This document shows positions 8,171 through 18,760 of a stretch of 64,000 bases of DNA, piece by piece (positions within the stretch are counted from its first letter, which is position 1; each line of letters starts with the position of its first letter). The notes under the pieces were generated by a model. The model did not search any database. It saw nothing but the letters and a program-made list of their open reading frames with translations, and was not told where the DNA came from. A program made the position numbers and the translations under genes. The stretch is from IMG/VR virus record IMGVR_UViG_3300029787_005452, positions 1 through 64,000 of that record, one strand, 5' to 3'. This DNA is from a virus.

Positions 8171-9376
8171 ATGTCAAAATGTGAAATATCTCCTATATCC
8201 GGATTCCAAAGTACTAATCTAAATTCAAAAGTAGATAACTTTAATAGACTTAGTGATAGAATATTGAGAACGTTAGGTTATCCTTTTGCTAATGTAGAAA
8301 TACATAGAGATCAATTATTTGAAAATATAAGTATTGCTATAGAATATTTTAGTAAGTTTGCTGGCTACACAAAAGAATACCTTATATTCGATAGTAATTT
8401 ATATACAAAAGATTATGGCATTAAAATAGACGATTTATTTACTTTACAAAATACTGATACATTTAGAGAACAAAAAGATTTAAAAACTCTTAATAAAGAT
8501 TTCAACAAAGATATAGAAAATAATTCTCTTTTTGTATCAACTTCTGCAATACCAGGGTCTTTATTCCTGTCATCTTCAGCATTATCATCTACCTTTTACG
8601 ATAATATAACCGGTAGCTTTACTAGTATATCTGCTAATGATATATTTACAACTGATTTTTATAATGCATTAACCCAATTTTCAGATAATGAAACTCTATC
8701 TGGTATTGGTAGCTTATTTTTAGAAAAGAAACAGCAAGGGTTTACTGTAAAAGGTTCGTTAACATCTGTTGATGGTAATCCTAATACCGATAGTTCATAC
8801 AATAATAGCTTTGATTATGATATAATGGATTATAGAAAAGTAATGGCAGTTACTGATTTTGAAGAAGGTTCAACAACAGGTATCAATACTCTTTTTACTA
8901 TCGAGCAAACATTGGCTCAGCAAACATATTTTAGTTATGCTATGGGTAATTATGGTTTTGATTTAATTAGTTGGTATACTTTAAAGAACTGGTTAGAAAC
9001 TAGAGAAAAAATGTTAGCTACTAAACGTTCATATAGTTTTGATGAAAGAACGCAACTTCTAAGAATGTACCCTCAACCAAATGCAAGTAGTGATGTTAGA
9101 TTTTTTGGTGTAGTATCGTGCTACGTTGAACGACCTATAAGAGATATATTAAAAGAGCTTTGGGTATATCAATATTCATTAGCATTAACTAAAATGGCAG
9201 TTGCAAATATAAGAGGTAAGTATGGTAATGTAACTCTATTTGGAGGAGGTAGTTTAAATTCTTCAGACTTAATGACACAAGGATTAGCAGAGAAAGAAAA
9301 ATTAGAAGAACAGTTAATGACTGGTTCAGCTCCTGGTCAAGGAGATGCAGATCCACCTCTATTCTTTGTTGGTTAA
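8171..9376 (+). CDS. gp13: Neck protein (T4 gp13-like) with an S/T-rich insertion
   Basis: ILRTLGYPFANVEI, WVYQYSLALTK and RGKYGNVTLFGGGSLN. Confidence 0.88.
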   Translation: MSKCEISPISGFQSTNLNSKVDNFNRLSDRILRTLGYPFANVEIHRDQLFENISIAIEYFSKFAGYTKEYLIFDSNLYTKDYGIKIDDLFTLQNTDTFREQKDLKTLNKDFNKDIENNSLFVSTSAIPGSLFLSSSALSSTFYDNITGSFTSISANDIFTTDFYNALTQFSDNETLSGIGSLFLEKKQQGFTVKGSLTSVDGNPNTDSSYNNSFDYDIMDYRKVMAVTDFEEGSTTGINTLFTIEQTLAQQTYFSYAMGNYGFDLISWYTLKNWLETREKMLATKRSYSFDERTQLLRMYPQPNASSDVRFFGVVSCYVERPIRDILKELWVYQYSLALTKMAVANIRGKYGNVTLFGGGSLNSSDLMTQGLAEKEKLEEQLMTGSAPGQGDADPPLFFVG

Positions 9377-9895
9377 TTATTTAGCGTTAAATACTTCTAT
9401 TAGCTTTTGAATAACTATACTTGCATCTTCAACATCAATTGTTTGTGTTGTAGTTGTAGAGGATTTAACAGAAATTTCTTCTTCCGTTTCATAATCGCCG
9501 TAAACGTCTTCACCCTCACTAAATGATAGATCAAGTTCTTCTTCTTTATCATCATCTATAATTTGAGTTATAGGTTGTGTACACCCAATATCGGTTAATA
9601 TTACACTTAATAATTGATTTGTATAGCTTTCTTCTTTAGCTCTACCAACAAAATCTATAATTTCTGATTGAGTAAATTTACCTTTTAAATCACTTATAGG
9701 ATTTTTAAAACTACCATACGATAGTAAAGGTAAATATTTTATAGTTATATCAGCCGAGTCTTTTATTAAGAAGTAAGCACCTTTTTTATTAATGGTTACT
9801 CCAGTATCAGGTTTATCAAATGCAATTTTAGCAGGTCGCATTAAATTTCTTTGTCTTATTTCACTATTTTTAATGATTTTCTCTTCAAATGTCAT
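9377..9895 (-). CDS. Hypothetical acidic protein
   Basis: Start moved to MTFEEKII, behind TAAATA. Confidence 0.6.
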   Translation of the reverse strand: MTFEEKIIKNSEIRQRNLMRPAKIAFDKPDTGVTINKKGAYFLIKDSADITIKYLPLLSYGSFKNPISDLKGKFTQSEIIDFVGRAKEESYTNQLLSVILTDIGCTQPITQIIDDDKEEELDLSFSEGEDVYGDYETEEEISVKSSTTTTQTIDVEDASIVIQKLIEVFNAK

Positions 9896-10355
9896 AACTA
9901 TATTTATTAAAAAGAATAAAAAATTTAGACAAGGCATTTTTAAACCTATTAATTCAAAAAAATATATCGGTAAAGGTAACCCTACATATCGCTCTGGGTG
10001 GGAATTAAAATTTTTTAGATGGGCTGATTTAAACGAAAATATATTAGCGTGGGGAAGTGAGAATATTATTATACCTTATTTGAACCCTTTAGATGGTAAA
10101 GTTCATAGATATTTTGTTGATAATTATATTGTATTCAAAGATATAAATGGTAATAAAAATAAATTCTTAATAGAAATAAAACCAAGTAAGCAAACTCAAC
10201 GACCGGTTAAGACAAAATATAAAAAACAAAAAACTATATTATACGAGCAAAAAATGTATGTACAAAATACTGCAAAGTGGAAAGCTGCTAATGAATGGTC
10301 CAAAAAGAAAAATTGTAAGTTTCTTATACTAACTGAAAAAGAATTAAACATATAA
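9873..10355 (+). CDS. gp4: Head completion nuclease (T4 gp4-like); start uncertain
   Basis: KYIG...YRSGWELKF...WGSENIIIPY...HRYFVD...IEIKP; conserved part begins KKNKKFRQG after an ATT codon. Confidence 0.88.
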   Translation: MIFSSNVITIFIKKNKKFRQGIFKPINSKKYIGKGNPTYRSGWELKFFRWADLNENILAWGSENIIIPYLNPLDGKVHRYFVDNYIVFKDINGNKNKFLIEIKPSKQTQRPVKTKYKKQKTILYEQKMYVQNTAKWKAANEWSKKKNCKFLILTEKELNI

Positions 10356-10389
10356 TTGAATAACACATATTTTGACCTAAATATCCTAT

Positions 10390-13300
10390 ATGCATGCAGG
10401 TTGTCAAGTAAATAATATTGATATAGATTTAATCTATTCAGATACTATTGAAGAAAATATTATTTCTATCAATACAAAAAAAGAATTATTCTTTGACGTT
10501 TATGAATGCACGGTAAATGATGAAAAATTAGTTTTAGAAAAGGTAGGTGACTCTGAATTAGGTCCAAAAGTCTTACTAGAAATTAATATTGAAGGTAAAA
10601 AATATTCTGCAGAAGCTATTTTAGTAGATAATGGTACAACTTATATCGAGCTAAATAAAGAAAATATATATTTTATTAGAACTATACCTGAAGAAAATGT
10701 AACTGTTGAAAATAATGAAATTGAAGAGGTTAATACTGAAGAAGAAACATCAGATAACTTAGAAGTTAATTATGAAAATATAATTGAACATCATGTTAAT
10801 AATAAGTTAGTTTTTTTACATGAACTTGAAGAACAATTTGAAGAAAAAATTGTATCTTTAAAAGATGATATTTCTAATAAATTAGATTTATTTTTTGAAA
10901 AGTTAGAAGATAAAAAAAAAGTAATAGTTGAAAAAAAATTAGAAAAAATAACTGCTAATTTAGATGAAAAATTTACTACCCTTCGATCAGAACTTCAAGG
11001 GGTAGAAGACTTTAGTAAAGAAAATATCGATAAAATTTTAGAAAATAAGATTATTGAGATCGATAATAGTGTAAGTTTATTTTTAGAAGGTATAACTAAA
11101 GAGTATAAAAATAAAATTATTTCTAGTGATAAAAAAATTACTCATAATTTTTTAGAATTAAATTCTATAAAAGATAAATTAAAAGAAAGTAATAGTGTAA
11201 CAAACAAAAAATTTGAAGATTTAAATCTTTTAAAAGAAAAACTATTACAACAAGATGAATTAGTTTTAAAGAATCAGGAACTTAAAAAATTTATTACTGA
11301 AGAGTTTGAAAATATTGATAGTAAGTTTAAAAATTTATCAGAAGAAGAAAGTAAAAAATATGATGAATTATTAGCTGCAGTTAATAATAAAGATGTTGTA
11401 GAGTATAAAACTATCTTAAAAGAAAAAATACAAGATGTAGAACTAACTCAAATAAAAGAGTCTTTACAAGAAGAAATCAGTAGTGCATTAAAAGGTGATA
11501 TAGTTTCTTTAAAAAGGTATGTAGAAATGTCTTCCGGCGGCGGTAGTACTGCAAAACAATTCGCTGCTGGTGGTACAATGGACGGTACTTTAAATGTTAA
11601 TGGTGATATATTATCTGGAGGAACTAACTTAATTGATGTTTTTAATACTGATACTTCTATTAATTTACAAGATGTTACTAATAACGGGAATACTACTACA
11701 AATTTAATTAGTAGTAATAATACTATTGTTGCTGATACTATACTTGCTACTAATATTTTATCTAGTACTAATTTAGATATAGGGTTTGAATTATCAGGTT
11801 TTAATGTTACTGGTGATTTATCAGCTAGTGGTAATATATCTAGCAGTAGTTTAATTACATCAGCTTTATCTACAGATGGTATAGATGCAAAATTTACCGA
11901 TAATGTAATTATTGCTGGTGATTTAGATATCGGGTTTCCTAATGAAAATGAAAATCAATGTATAGTAATACATGGTAGTACCTCTTCTGGTAAAAGAACA
12001 ATGTTAAAGCAAGACGGCGATAAATTTTGTCTTTCACCTCAAGTAGGTAATCAAACTTTAATATTAGGTAGTGGTTCTAATAACGTAACTTGTATGTGTG
12101 GTAATGCATCTCATGAAGTAAGAATGCCAACTAAGGTTAGTATAGGTATAACAGGTGGTACTGAAAAATTAACCGTTGCAGGTAACATAAGTGCAAGTGG
12201 TAATTTATCTGCAGCAGAAATAAAAGGTACTAAATTAATCTCAACTGGTAATGTAGAACTTGGTGGTAATATTTTAGATACTGATGCAAATGAACTAATA
12301 AATATTGCGTCTAATGATATTACCTTTGTTGGTAAACATATTAAATCTGGTTTTGGTTTAGGAGTAAGAAATCAACGAGGTAATGCAAAAGGTATGGACT
12401 GTAGTACGGGTTCTAATACATATAATTTAGGAATTTTTAACTGTAGTGTGGAAGCTATAACTATAGATAATACTGGTAATGTTGGTATAGGTACTACAGC
12501 CCCTAATAATCAACTTACTGTTTCGGGTAGTATATCATCTACTAGTCTTGCATCTGTATCAGCATTAAATGTTGCAGGTGGCCAAATTAACTTTGGTGAT
12601 AGAACAAGCAATGATATACTTATAAAGGCTGAATCTGATTCAAACGATTTAACTTTATTTAGAGCTGCATCGTTTGCAGATAGTGTAGGGGTAAGTTTAA
12701 AATATCTGGGTTCGGGTAGTGATGATGAAAATATATTTGAAATTAAAACTGATGCTGGTGGTTCATTAAAAATAGATAATAGTGGTGACGTTGGCATTAA
12801 TACCGCTCCAATTGATGGTAAAGATTTAACTGCAGATGAAGTAGTGGTTAATACTAATTTAGGTATAGGAACTACAGCACCCTCACAATTATTACATGTA
12901 TCTGGTGGCAAAGCCCTTGTTGAACAAACTAGTTCTGCAGGCTCTGTTATAGTCAATAGAACTGATGGTAGATCTACTGCATTGGTTGCAGCTGGATTAG
13001 AGTCAGCGCTTTTATACGATAGTGGTGGATTTTTTAGTATTCAAGCTAGAAGTGGTAGTGATGTTTTGGTTGGCAATGGAGACACTAATGATGAGGTTAT
13101 AAGAATTGACTCTTCTGGCAACGTTGGTATAGGAAGAACAGATCCAAGTAAGTTATTAGATATAAAAGATGGCGATTTTAGAATTTCTTCTACTGAACCA
13201 AAAATATTTTTAAATGACACAAATAATAATTCCGATTTTAGTATTAAGAATAATAATGGTAGTTTTCAAATTTCCGATACAACCAATGGGCCGACTAGAC

Positions 13301-15219
13301 TGGCTATTGATTCTTCTGGTAATGTTGGTATAGGAACTAATTCACCTAATGAAGCTTTAACAGTTGTAGGTAGTATATCAGCAACTGGCCTTGCATCAGT
13401 ATCATCATTAGAAATTATTTCTGACGGAAGTTCTTCAAGCGATAACTCGCCATTCAAATTTGAAGTTGCTGCTGATAGAAAAAATACTGCGACTACTGCT
13501 CTGTACATTTACCCTAAAGATACAACCAACCATAGAGTATATTTTCAAAATCCTGCGCAAGATAGAAATTCATACGCAGTTAATTTTTCAGGGTTAACTC
13601 AAATTGAAGACACACCAGCATTTAACAATTTAACTGCAAAAAGTACTACCACAAATGGTGATAACTTTGGTTTAGGTACTGTTACAGCAGGTACAGGTGT
13701 AAGAAGAAGTGGTACAACTGACAATTTTGATTTATTTGTAAGTCATTCATCTAATACGCCAGACTTTGTATTCCATACTAAAACTGGTGGGTTCTTTTCA
13801 TCTGATAGTCAGCTTGATGGTACAAATGAGGTTATGAGACTAACCAATGATGGTAAAGTTGGGATAGGAACTGCAACACCTAATGTAGCTTTAACAGTTG
13901 CAGGTAACATATCAGCAACTAATACAATTGCTTCTTCAGCAGGTCATTTTGCAGATGCTGTTGGAGATGGCAAGGTTCTTATTGGTCATACAACATCATT
14001 GCATAACACCGCTGACTTAGAAATTTCGAGTGCTGGCACTGCTAGAATAATGTTAAAAGATTCAGATGATTCGGATCTACACGCATTTATAGATAAAAAT
14101 CACGCACAATTAAGCTTAATCTCTCAATATAATACCAGCCATGGTACAATAGCTCTTAGGTCTTTTAACGGAACAACTACCAGAACAAATTTATTCATTG
14201 CTGTAGATGGAGATGTTGGTATAGGAACTACAGCACCTGGTGCAAAATTAACAGTAGCTGGTAATATATCAGCAAGTGGAGGGTTATCAGCTACTAAAAT
14301 AATTGGAGGTATAAATAATAATAATTCAGGACCTGATTCTTTTATTGGTGGTGGTGCATCTTTAAGTGCATTAGGTAACTGTTCAGTAGTTACAGGTGGT
14401 AAACAAAATATAGCAACTGTAGCTTATGCTACTGTAGGTGGTGGTATTGGTAACCGTTCTACAGGTATTTATGGTTCAACCGTAGGAGGAGGTTACTTTA
14501 ACTTTGCTACCGGTTATTCTTCTACCGTAGCAGGTGGTCAAAACAATCGTGCTCAATGTACAGGTTCATTTATAGGGGGTGGTTCTAGTAATTATGCAAC
14601 TGGGTTTCGTTCATCTGCTGTAGGAGGTACATATAATAGAGCTATTGGGCAAAATAGTATTGTAGGTGGAGGTTATACTAATAGAGCATGTGCAAATAAT
14701 TCTTCGGTATTAGGGGGTCATAGTAATTTAAACTCAGGATTATGTAGTTCTATTTTAGGAGGTGCTAATAATTGTATTAATACTGGCCATAATTGTTCTT
14801 TTATTATTGGTACAGGTATAACATCTAGTGCAGCATGTACAACTTTTGTTAATAATTTAACTTCATTGGGAACATTAGATGGTTGTTCTATAGAATCAAA
14901 AAATGGATTTAAAATTGGAGAAGATGCAATAGTAACTTATAATACTTCATTTACTTTACCTTTATCAGATAATGGTAGAACCACTCTTTTAGATACAACT
15001 AGCGGTTCAATAGTCGTAACCGTTCCTAATTTAGAAACAGGCTTTAGTAATAGATTTATAAAGGAAGCTGGAGCAGCTCCTGTTGTATTTAGCGTAGGTA
15101 ATGGGTTAAGTGCACTTGGTAGTTATCAAGATAGAAATCAATTGAATATAATATATGCGCAAGCGGATATATTTTATAAGAATGAAAATTATGCATTTAT
15201 AGGGGGTAATTTAGAATGA
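10390..15219 (+). CDS. Tail-fibre-like protein with an N-terminal acidic coiled coil
   Basis: About 370-aa E/K-rich coiled coil, SSGGGS hinge, several GNVGIGT-x-x-P repeats, Gly-rich GGGxxN repeats near the C-terminus. Confidence 0.8.
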   Translation: MHAGCQVNNIDIDLIYSDTIEENIISINTKKELFFDVYECTVNDEKLVLEKVGDSELGPKVLLEINIEGKKYSAEAILVDNGTTYIELNKENIYFIRTIPEENVTVENNEIEEVNTEEETSDNLEVNYENIIEHHVNNKLVFLHELEEQFEEKIVSLKDDISNKLDLFFEKLEDKKKVIVEKKLEKITANLDEKFTTLRSELQGVEDFSKENIDKILENKIIEIDNSVSLFLEGITKEYKNKIISSDKKITHNFLELNSIKDKLKESNSVTNKKFEDLNLLKEKLLQQDELVLKNQELKKFITEEFENIDSKFKNLSEEESKKYDELLAAVNNKDVVEYKTILKEKIQDVELTQIKESLQEEISSALKGDIVSLKRYVEMSSGGGSTAKQFAAGGTMDGTLNVNGDILSGGTNLIDVFNTDTSINLQDVTNNGNTTTNLISSNNTIVADTILATNILSSTNLDIGFELSGFNVTGDLSASGNISSSSLITSALSTDGIDAKFTDNVIIAGDLDIGFPNENENQCIVIHGSTSSGKRTMLKQDGDKFCLSPQVGNQTLILGSGSNNVTCMCGNASHEVRMPTKVSIGITGGTEKLTVAGNISASGNLSAAEIKGTKLISTGNVELGGNILDTDANELINIASNDITFVGKHIKSGFGLGVRNQRGNAKGMDCSTGSNTYNLGIFNCSVEAITIDNTGNVGIGTTAPNNQLTVSGSISSTSLASVSALNVAGGQINFGDRTSNDILIKAESDSNDLTLFRAASFADSVGVSLKYLGSGSDDENIFEIKTDAGGSLKIDNSGDVGINTAPIDGKDLTADEVVVNTNLGIGTTAPSQLLHVSGGKALVEQTSSAGSVIVNRTDGRSTALVAAGLESALLYDSGGFFSIQARSGSDVLVGNGDTNDEVIRIDSSGNVGIGRTDPSKLLDIKDGDFRISSTEPKIFLNDTNNNSDFSIKNNNGSFQISDTTNGPTRLAIDSSGNVGIGTNSPNEALTVVGSISATGLASVSSLEIISDGSSSSDNSPFKFEVAADRKNTATTALYIYPKDTTNHRVYFQNPAQDRNSYAVNFSGLTQIEDTPAFNNLTAKSTTTNGDNFGLGTVTAGTGVRRSGTTDNFDLFVSHSSNTPDFVFHTKTGGFFSSDSQLDGTNEVMRLTNDGKVGIGTATPNVALTVAGNISATNTIASSAGHFADAVGDGKVLIGHTTSLHNTADLEISSAGTARIMLKDSDDSDLHAFIDKNHAQLSLISQYNTSHGTIALRSFNGTTTRTNLFIAVDGDVGIGTTAPGAKLTVAGNISASGGLSATKIIGGINNNNSGPDSFIGGGASLSALGNCSVVTGGKQNIATVAYATVGGGIGNRSTGIYGSTVGGGYFNFATGYSSTVAGGQNNRAQCTGSFIGGGSSNYATGFRSSAVGGTYNRAIGQNSIVGGGYTNRACANNSSVLGGHSNLNSGLCSSILGGANNCINTGHNCSFIIGTGITSSAACTTFVNNLTSLGTLDGCSIESKNGFKIGEDAIVTYNTSFTLPLSDNGRTTLLDTTSGSIVVTVPNLETGFSNRFIKEAGAAPVVFSVGNGLSALGSYQDRNQLNIIYAQADIFYKNENYAFIGGNLE

Positions 15220-17591
15220 TAGGAAGAACATTAGGACCAGCACCGTTATCAACATCTAACCTTGCTAATTTTTATTATAAAAGACCTCCAGAGTTTTTAG
15301 ACTTAGCAGTAATACCTAATAAAGGAGAGTCATCAGGAGTTACTGATATGTTTACATTTTTAGTAGCAGTATTTCCTGAACCTGATCCTAATGATTATCA
15401 ATACCAGATTTCAGGAGCTCCTTCTTTATCTGCTATTAATAATGTTGCTTTACATTGTGACGTTACCAATAGTGGTTCGTGGACAGTAGATTGGGGTGAT
15501 GGTAACCCAGCATTAACTGCATACCATTCTAACTTTTCTTCTGATACGGATGGGTTTGGGTCAAGCTATGGCATTACTGAATTATCTGCATCATATGAAG
15601 GTAAATCAGATGTTATAGTTCATACACCATTTGCCAGTGGTGATCCTAATAACGGAGGTGGTAGAGTAGAGATACAAAATACTTCTGTAAGTTTAGTTCA
15701 AGGAAATAATTATACAATTACCTTTGAATATTTTGCAGCTTCTGATTATAGTGGTAAATTTTGGGGGACTGAAGATGGTTTTTCAAATCGTGTAAGTATT
15801 TCTAATACACCAGCAATTGCCACAGGTTCGTGGTCAACTGCTACGCTTAATGTTTCTGCAACTCGGCCATCAAGTTCATCTATTCAGGATTTAAGAATAC
15901 GTCCGCAAGATACAACTGACGCATCATATGGTACTTTATCTGACCAAGTAGTTGGGGATAAACTAGCATTTAAAAATATAGAAGTAGTATTAGATAACAA
16001 CGGTTTAGGATATAGTTATCTTAACGGGGCAGAAATATACCATGTTTATAAATATGATGACTTACCAGCTTCAACAGAGTTTAGAGGTTATAGGCAAGTA
16101 GTTTTATCAGGGTTTCCTACTGATAGCAATAATTTATTTGGAGAAGTAAAAACTGATATAGATGGACCATTTGTACCTGGTTTTACAAGTAGTCATAGTA
16201 GAAACGGGTCAAATATTTTAGATATGGAAATAAGTAGTAGAAACGCTACTTCATTTGATATAGGTGGTAATTCTAGACCACATAAAATGTGCGAAAGGGT
16301 AGGGTTATATAATACAACAAGTAATAGATTAACTAATGCGCAAAATCAAATGTGGAGTGGTATGTCAAATTTGCAAGAAATAGCATTTGTACCTTATATG
16401 CATGTAGATAATACTGAAAGTCATTCTGGAGCATTTAGATATTGCAATAAACTAAGATATTTACCTGATGAATTTGCTGACCATACTAGATATTGGTTTT
16501 GGAATTCAGAGAGTTTTTATATTTGTTTTGATGCATGTTATAAATTAGAATATTTACCTGAAGGTATATTTACTGGCCGCGGCCATATAACTGAATTAAC
16601 CAATGTTAGAGAGTTTAGATATATGTTTAGATACTGTTATATGATAAAATATATACCAGAATTACCTACAAGAACAAGTGGTAGTTATATATCTGTAAGA
16701 GATGTATTCCGTGATTGTCAACATTTAAAACGACCACCTAAAAATTTTAGAGCTAATAATGTAACTTCATCATCAACAGATGGATTAAGAAATATGTTTT
16801 ATAATTGTATTGATTTTGAAGATTTTAACGATTGGAATTTATTAGATATGGATTCTACTGCTAAACAAAAAAATTCAATAAGAGTTGGAGGTTATATGTA
16901 TAATTGCGGTAGAGATTCTTTTTATACTGTTCCATGGGTAGGTTTATATTTAGATGAAATAAGTAAAGAAACTGATTATACTACTAATATTAATGGGGTT
17001 TGGAGATGCCATCGCGGTCCACAATTTTTTGCTAAAGAATATTATGAAAGAGGGTATATTGATTTTACTAGAGCAATAGATATGCAAGATCAGTTTAGCG
17101 GAAATTATTGTATTAAAGAATATCCAATAATACAAGTTTCACCTAATACATTAACTAATAATAATTCTATATATAGAACTTTTTTTGCTAACTATAATTT
17201 ACAAACTCTTACATTTTCAGGTTTTGCTGTAGATGAAACATTTGGTAATGGTGAATATTATCAAGCGTTCTATCAATGTCTTCAACTAAAAAGTATTATA
17301 GGTTTACCATGGAATGCTGCCAACGATAGTGGTGATTATAGTAATACTTTTAATAGTGTAAGAAATATAGGTCATTTTGGATTTCCTGGATTATCCTCTG
17401 ATCAAACTGGATTCAGTCAAAGTATAAATTTAAGTTATCAACCTCATGATTTACAAAGCATTGAAAATATATTTAGATATCTTAAAACTGGCTCTCATAC
17501 TATAACTTTAAATAATAATAATTATGCTGATGCAATACCGGCTACAATAGAGGCTATTGCAACGGATAAAGGCTGGACAGTAACACACTAA
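15216..17591 (+). CDS. Fibre-associated protein with BspA-like leucine-rich repeats
   Basis: Repeats FRYCNKLRYLP, FDACYKLEYLP, FRYCYMIKYIP, FYQCLQLKSI; W(T)VDWGDG; ATGA overlap with the fibre gene. Confidence 0.7.
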   Translation: MIGRTLGPAPLSTSNLANFYYKRPPEFLDLAVIPNKGESSGVTDMFTFLVAVFPEPDPNDYQYQISGAPSLSAINNVALHCDVTNSGSWTVDWGDGNPALTAYHSNFSSDTDGFGSSYGITELSASYEGKSDVIVHTPFASGDPNNGGGRVEIQNTSVSLVQGNNYTITFEYFAASDYSGKFWGTEDGFSNRVSISNTPAIATGSWSTATLNVSATRPSSSSIQDLRIRPQDTTDASYGTLSDQVVGDKLAFKNIEVVLDNNGLGYSYLNGAEIYHVYKYDDLPASTEFRGYRQVVLSGFPTDSNNLFGEVKTDIDGPFVPGFTSSHSRNGSNILDMEISSRNATSFDIGGNSRPHKMCERVGLYNTTSNRLTNAQNQMWSGMSNLQEIAFVPYMHVDNTESHSGAFRYCNKLRYLPDEFADHTRYWFWNSESFYICFDACYKLEYLPEGIFTGRGHITELTNVREFRYMFRYCYMIKYIPELPTRTSGSYISVRDVFRDCQHLKRPPKNFRANNVTSSSTDGLRNMFYNCIDFEDFNDWNLLDMDSTAKQKNSIRVGGYMYNCGRDSFYTVPWVGLYLDEISKETDYTTNINGVWRCHRGPQFFAKEYYERGYIDFTRAIDMQDQFSGNYCIKEYPIIQVSPNTLTNNNSIYRTFFANYNLQTLTFSGFAVDETFGNGEYYQAFYQCLQLKSIIGLPWNAANDSGDYSNTFNSVRNIGHFGFPGLSSDQTGFSQSINLSYQPHDLQSIENIFRYLKTGSHTITLNNNNYADAIPATIEAIATDKGWTVTH

Positions 17592-17606
17592 TTTATATAT
17601 ATTATT

Positions 17607-17909
17607 ATGAGCACTGAAACAGTAAGCCCTAGTACGTTTGATGGATTTTATATGAAGGATGGTCCAAGTGCAAGAACGGGAAGAATAATGTTATTTTGGG
17701 GTAAAAACTTAGTTAAATTTCCTGATGGTAATAAATTATTAAGAGAAAATCATGAATCATATTCTTATCCTATTAGTGGTTGGACTTGGTTTGATAGTTT
17801 ATCTGATTGCTGTAATAGTTTTGGTATTAATATTGAAGATTATGAACAAGAAATTTATGGTCCTTATTATGAAGCAATTACCGGTAAAGATCCTTTAGAG
17901 ATAATATAG
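17607..17909 (+). CDS. Small fibre-associated (chaperone-like) protein
   Basis: GFY...YSYPISGWTWFDS motif, directly downstream of the fibre genes. Confidence 0.55.
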   Translation: MSTETVSPSTFDGFYMKDGPSARTGRIMLFWGKNLVKFPDGNKLLRENHESYSYPISGWTWFDSLSDCCNSFGINIEDYEQEIYGPYYEAITGKDPLEII

Positions 17910-17942
17910 TGTAAAAATGTATACTTTTATATAAATATTAAT

Positions 17943-18611
17943 ATGAGTTTAAACCTTATAGTAGAAACACCTGCTCCTAAAGAGGAATTCGAGTATATTG
18001 TCGAAGAAGGTAATTCTAAAGACAAGCAAAATTTCTTTATTAAAGGTCCTTATATGATGGCCGAAGGTGTTAATCGCAATAAAAGAATTTATCCATTAGA
18101 TGAAATGGTTCGTGAAACTAAGCGTTATGAAAATTTAATGGTTAAGACTGGAAGAGCAATGGGTGAGTTAAATCACCCTACAACAGCTGATGTTGACCTT
18201 GAAAGAGCATGTCATTTAGTTACTGAAATGAATCAAGATGGTAATGTTTTTTATGGTAAGAGTAAAGTTTTATCAACACCGACGGGTCTAATTGTAAGAA
18301 GTCTTATTAATGATGGTGTTAGAGTTGGTATGAGTTCAAGAGCTCTTGGTCAATTAATACCTGAATCAGGTAGCGATGGTGTTAATAGAGTTAAAGACTT
18401 TAAGTTAGTAGCTATTGATTGTGTAGCTGATCCATCTTTTCCAAAAGCATTTGTAAATGGCATCTTGGAAAGTAAACAATATGTAGTAAATAAATATGGA
18501 CAGTTCGAAGAAACATATGATCGTTTTGAAAATAATATTTCCGCTATGCCTCTAAAGAATAAAGATCAATTTTTAAGAGATAATATAATTAAATTTCTAA
18601 AAACCCTTTAA
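17943..18611 (+). CDS. gp21: Prohead core protease
   Basis: NRNKRIYP, GELNHP, VGMSSRALG and DCVADPS. Confidence 0.96.
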   Translation: MSLNLIVETPAPKEEFEYIVEEGNSKDKQNFFIKGPYMMAEGVNRNKRIYPLDEMVRETKRYENLMVKTGRAMGELNHPTTADVDLERACHLVTEMNQDGNVFYGKSKVLSTPTGLIVRSLINDGVRVGMSSRALGQLIPESGSDGVNRVKDFKLVAIDCVADPSFPKAFVNGILESKQYVVNKYGQFEETYDRFENNISAMPLKNKDQFLRDNIIKFLKTL

Positions 18612-18614
18612 ATT

Positions 18615-18758
18615 ATGAAAGAAATAAAACAAGATATAAAAAAATTTATAAATAATGTTATGAATCGACATTATAAAAGTGCAAGTACTGATTTATCTAC
18701 TGTTATTGATAAAAAAATTCAACAGAAGATATTAAATAATAATATAAATATATTCTAA
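18615..18758 (+). CDS. 47-aa prohead-core-like microprotein (not in the ORF track)
   Basis: MKEIKQDIKKFINNVMNRHYKSASTDLSTVIDKKIQQKILNNNINIF*; fills the gp21-gp22 gap. Confidence 0.7.
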   Translation: MKEIKQDIKKFINNVMNRHYKSASTDLSTVIDKKIQQKILNNNINIF

Positions 18759-18760
18759 TT

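Noticed and set aside
9873-9910. Possible non-canonical ATT start for gp4
   Set aside because: An in-frame ATG at 9873 gives a simpler explanation; this cannot be resolved from sequence alone.
12510-13508. Antisense ORFs inside the fibre gene (similar ones at 23559, 26130, 28649, 42352, 56224 and 56396)
   Set aside because: They lie within well-supported genes and show no motifs of their own.
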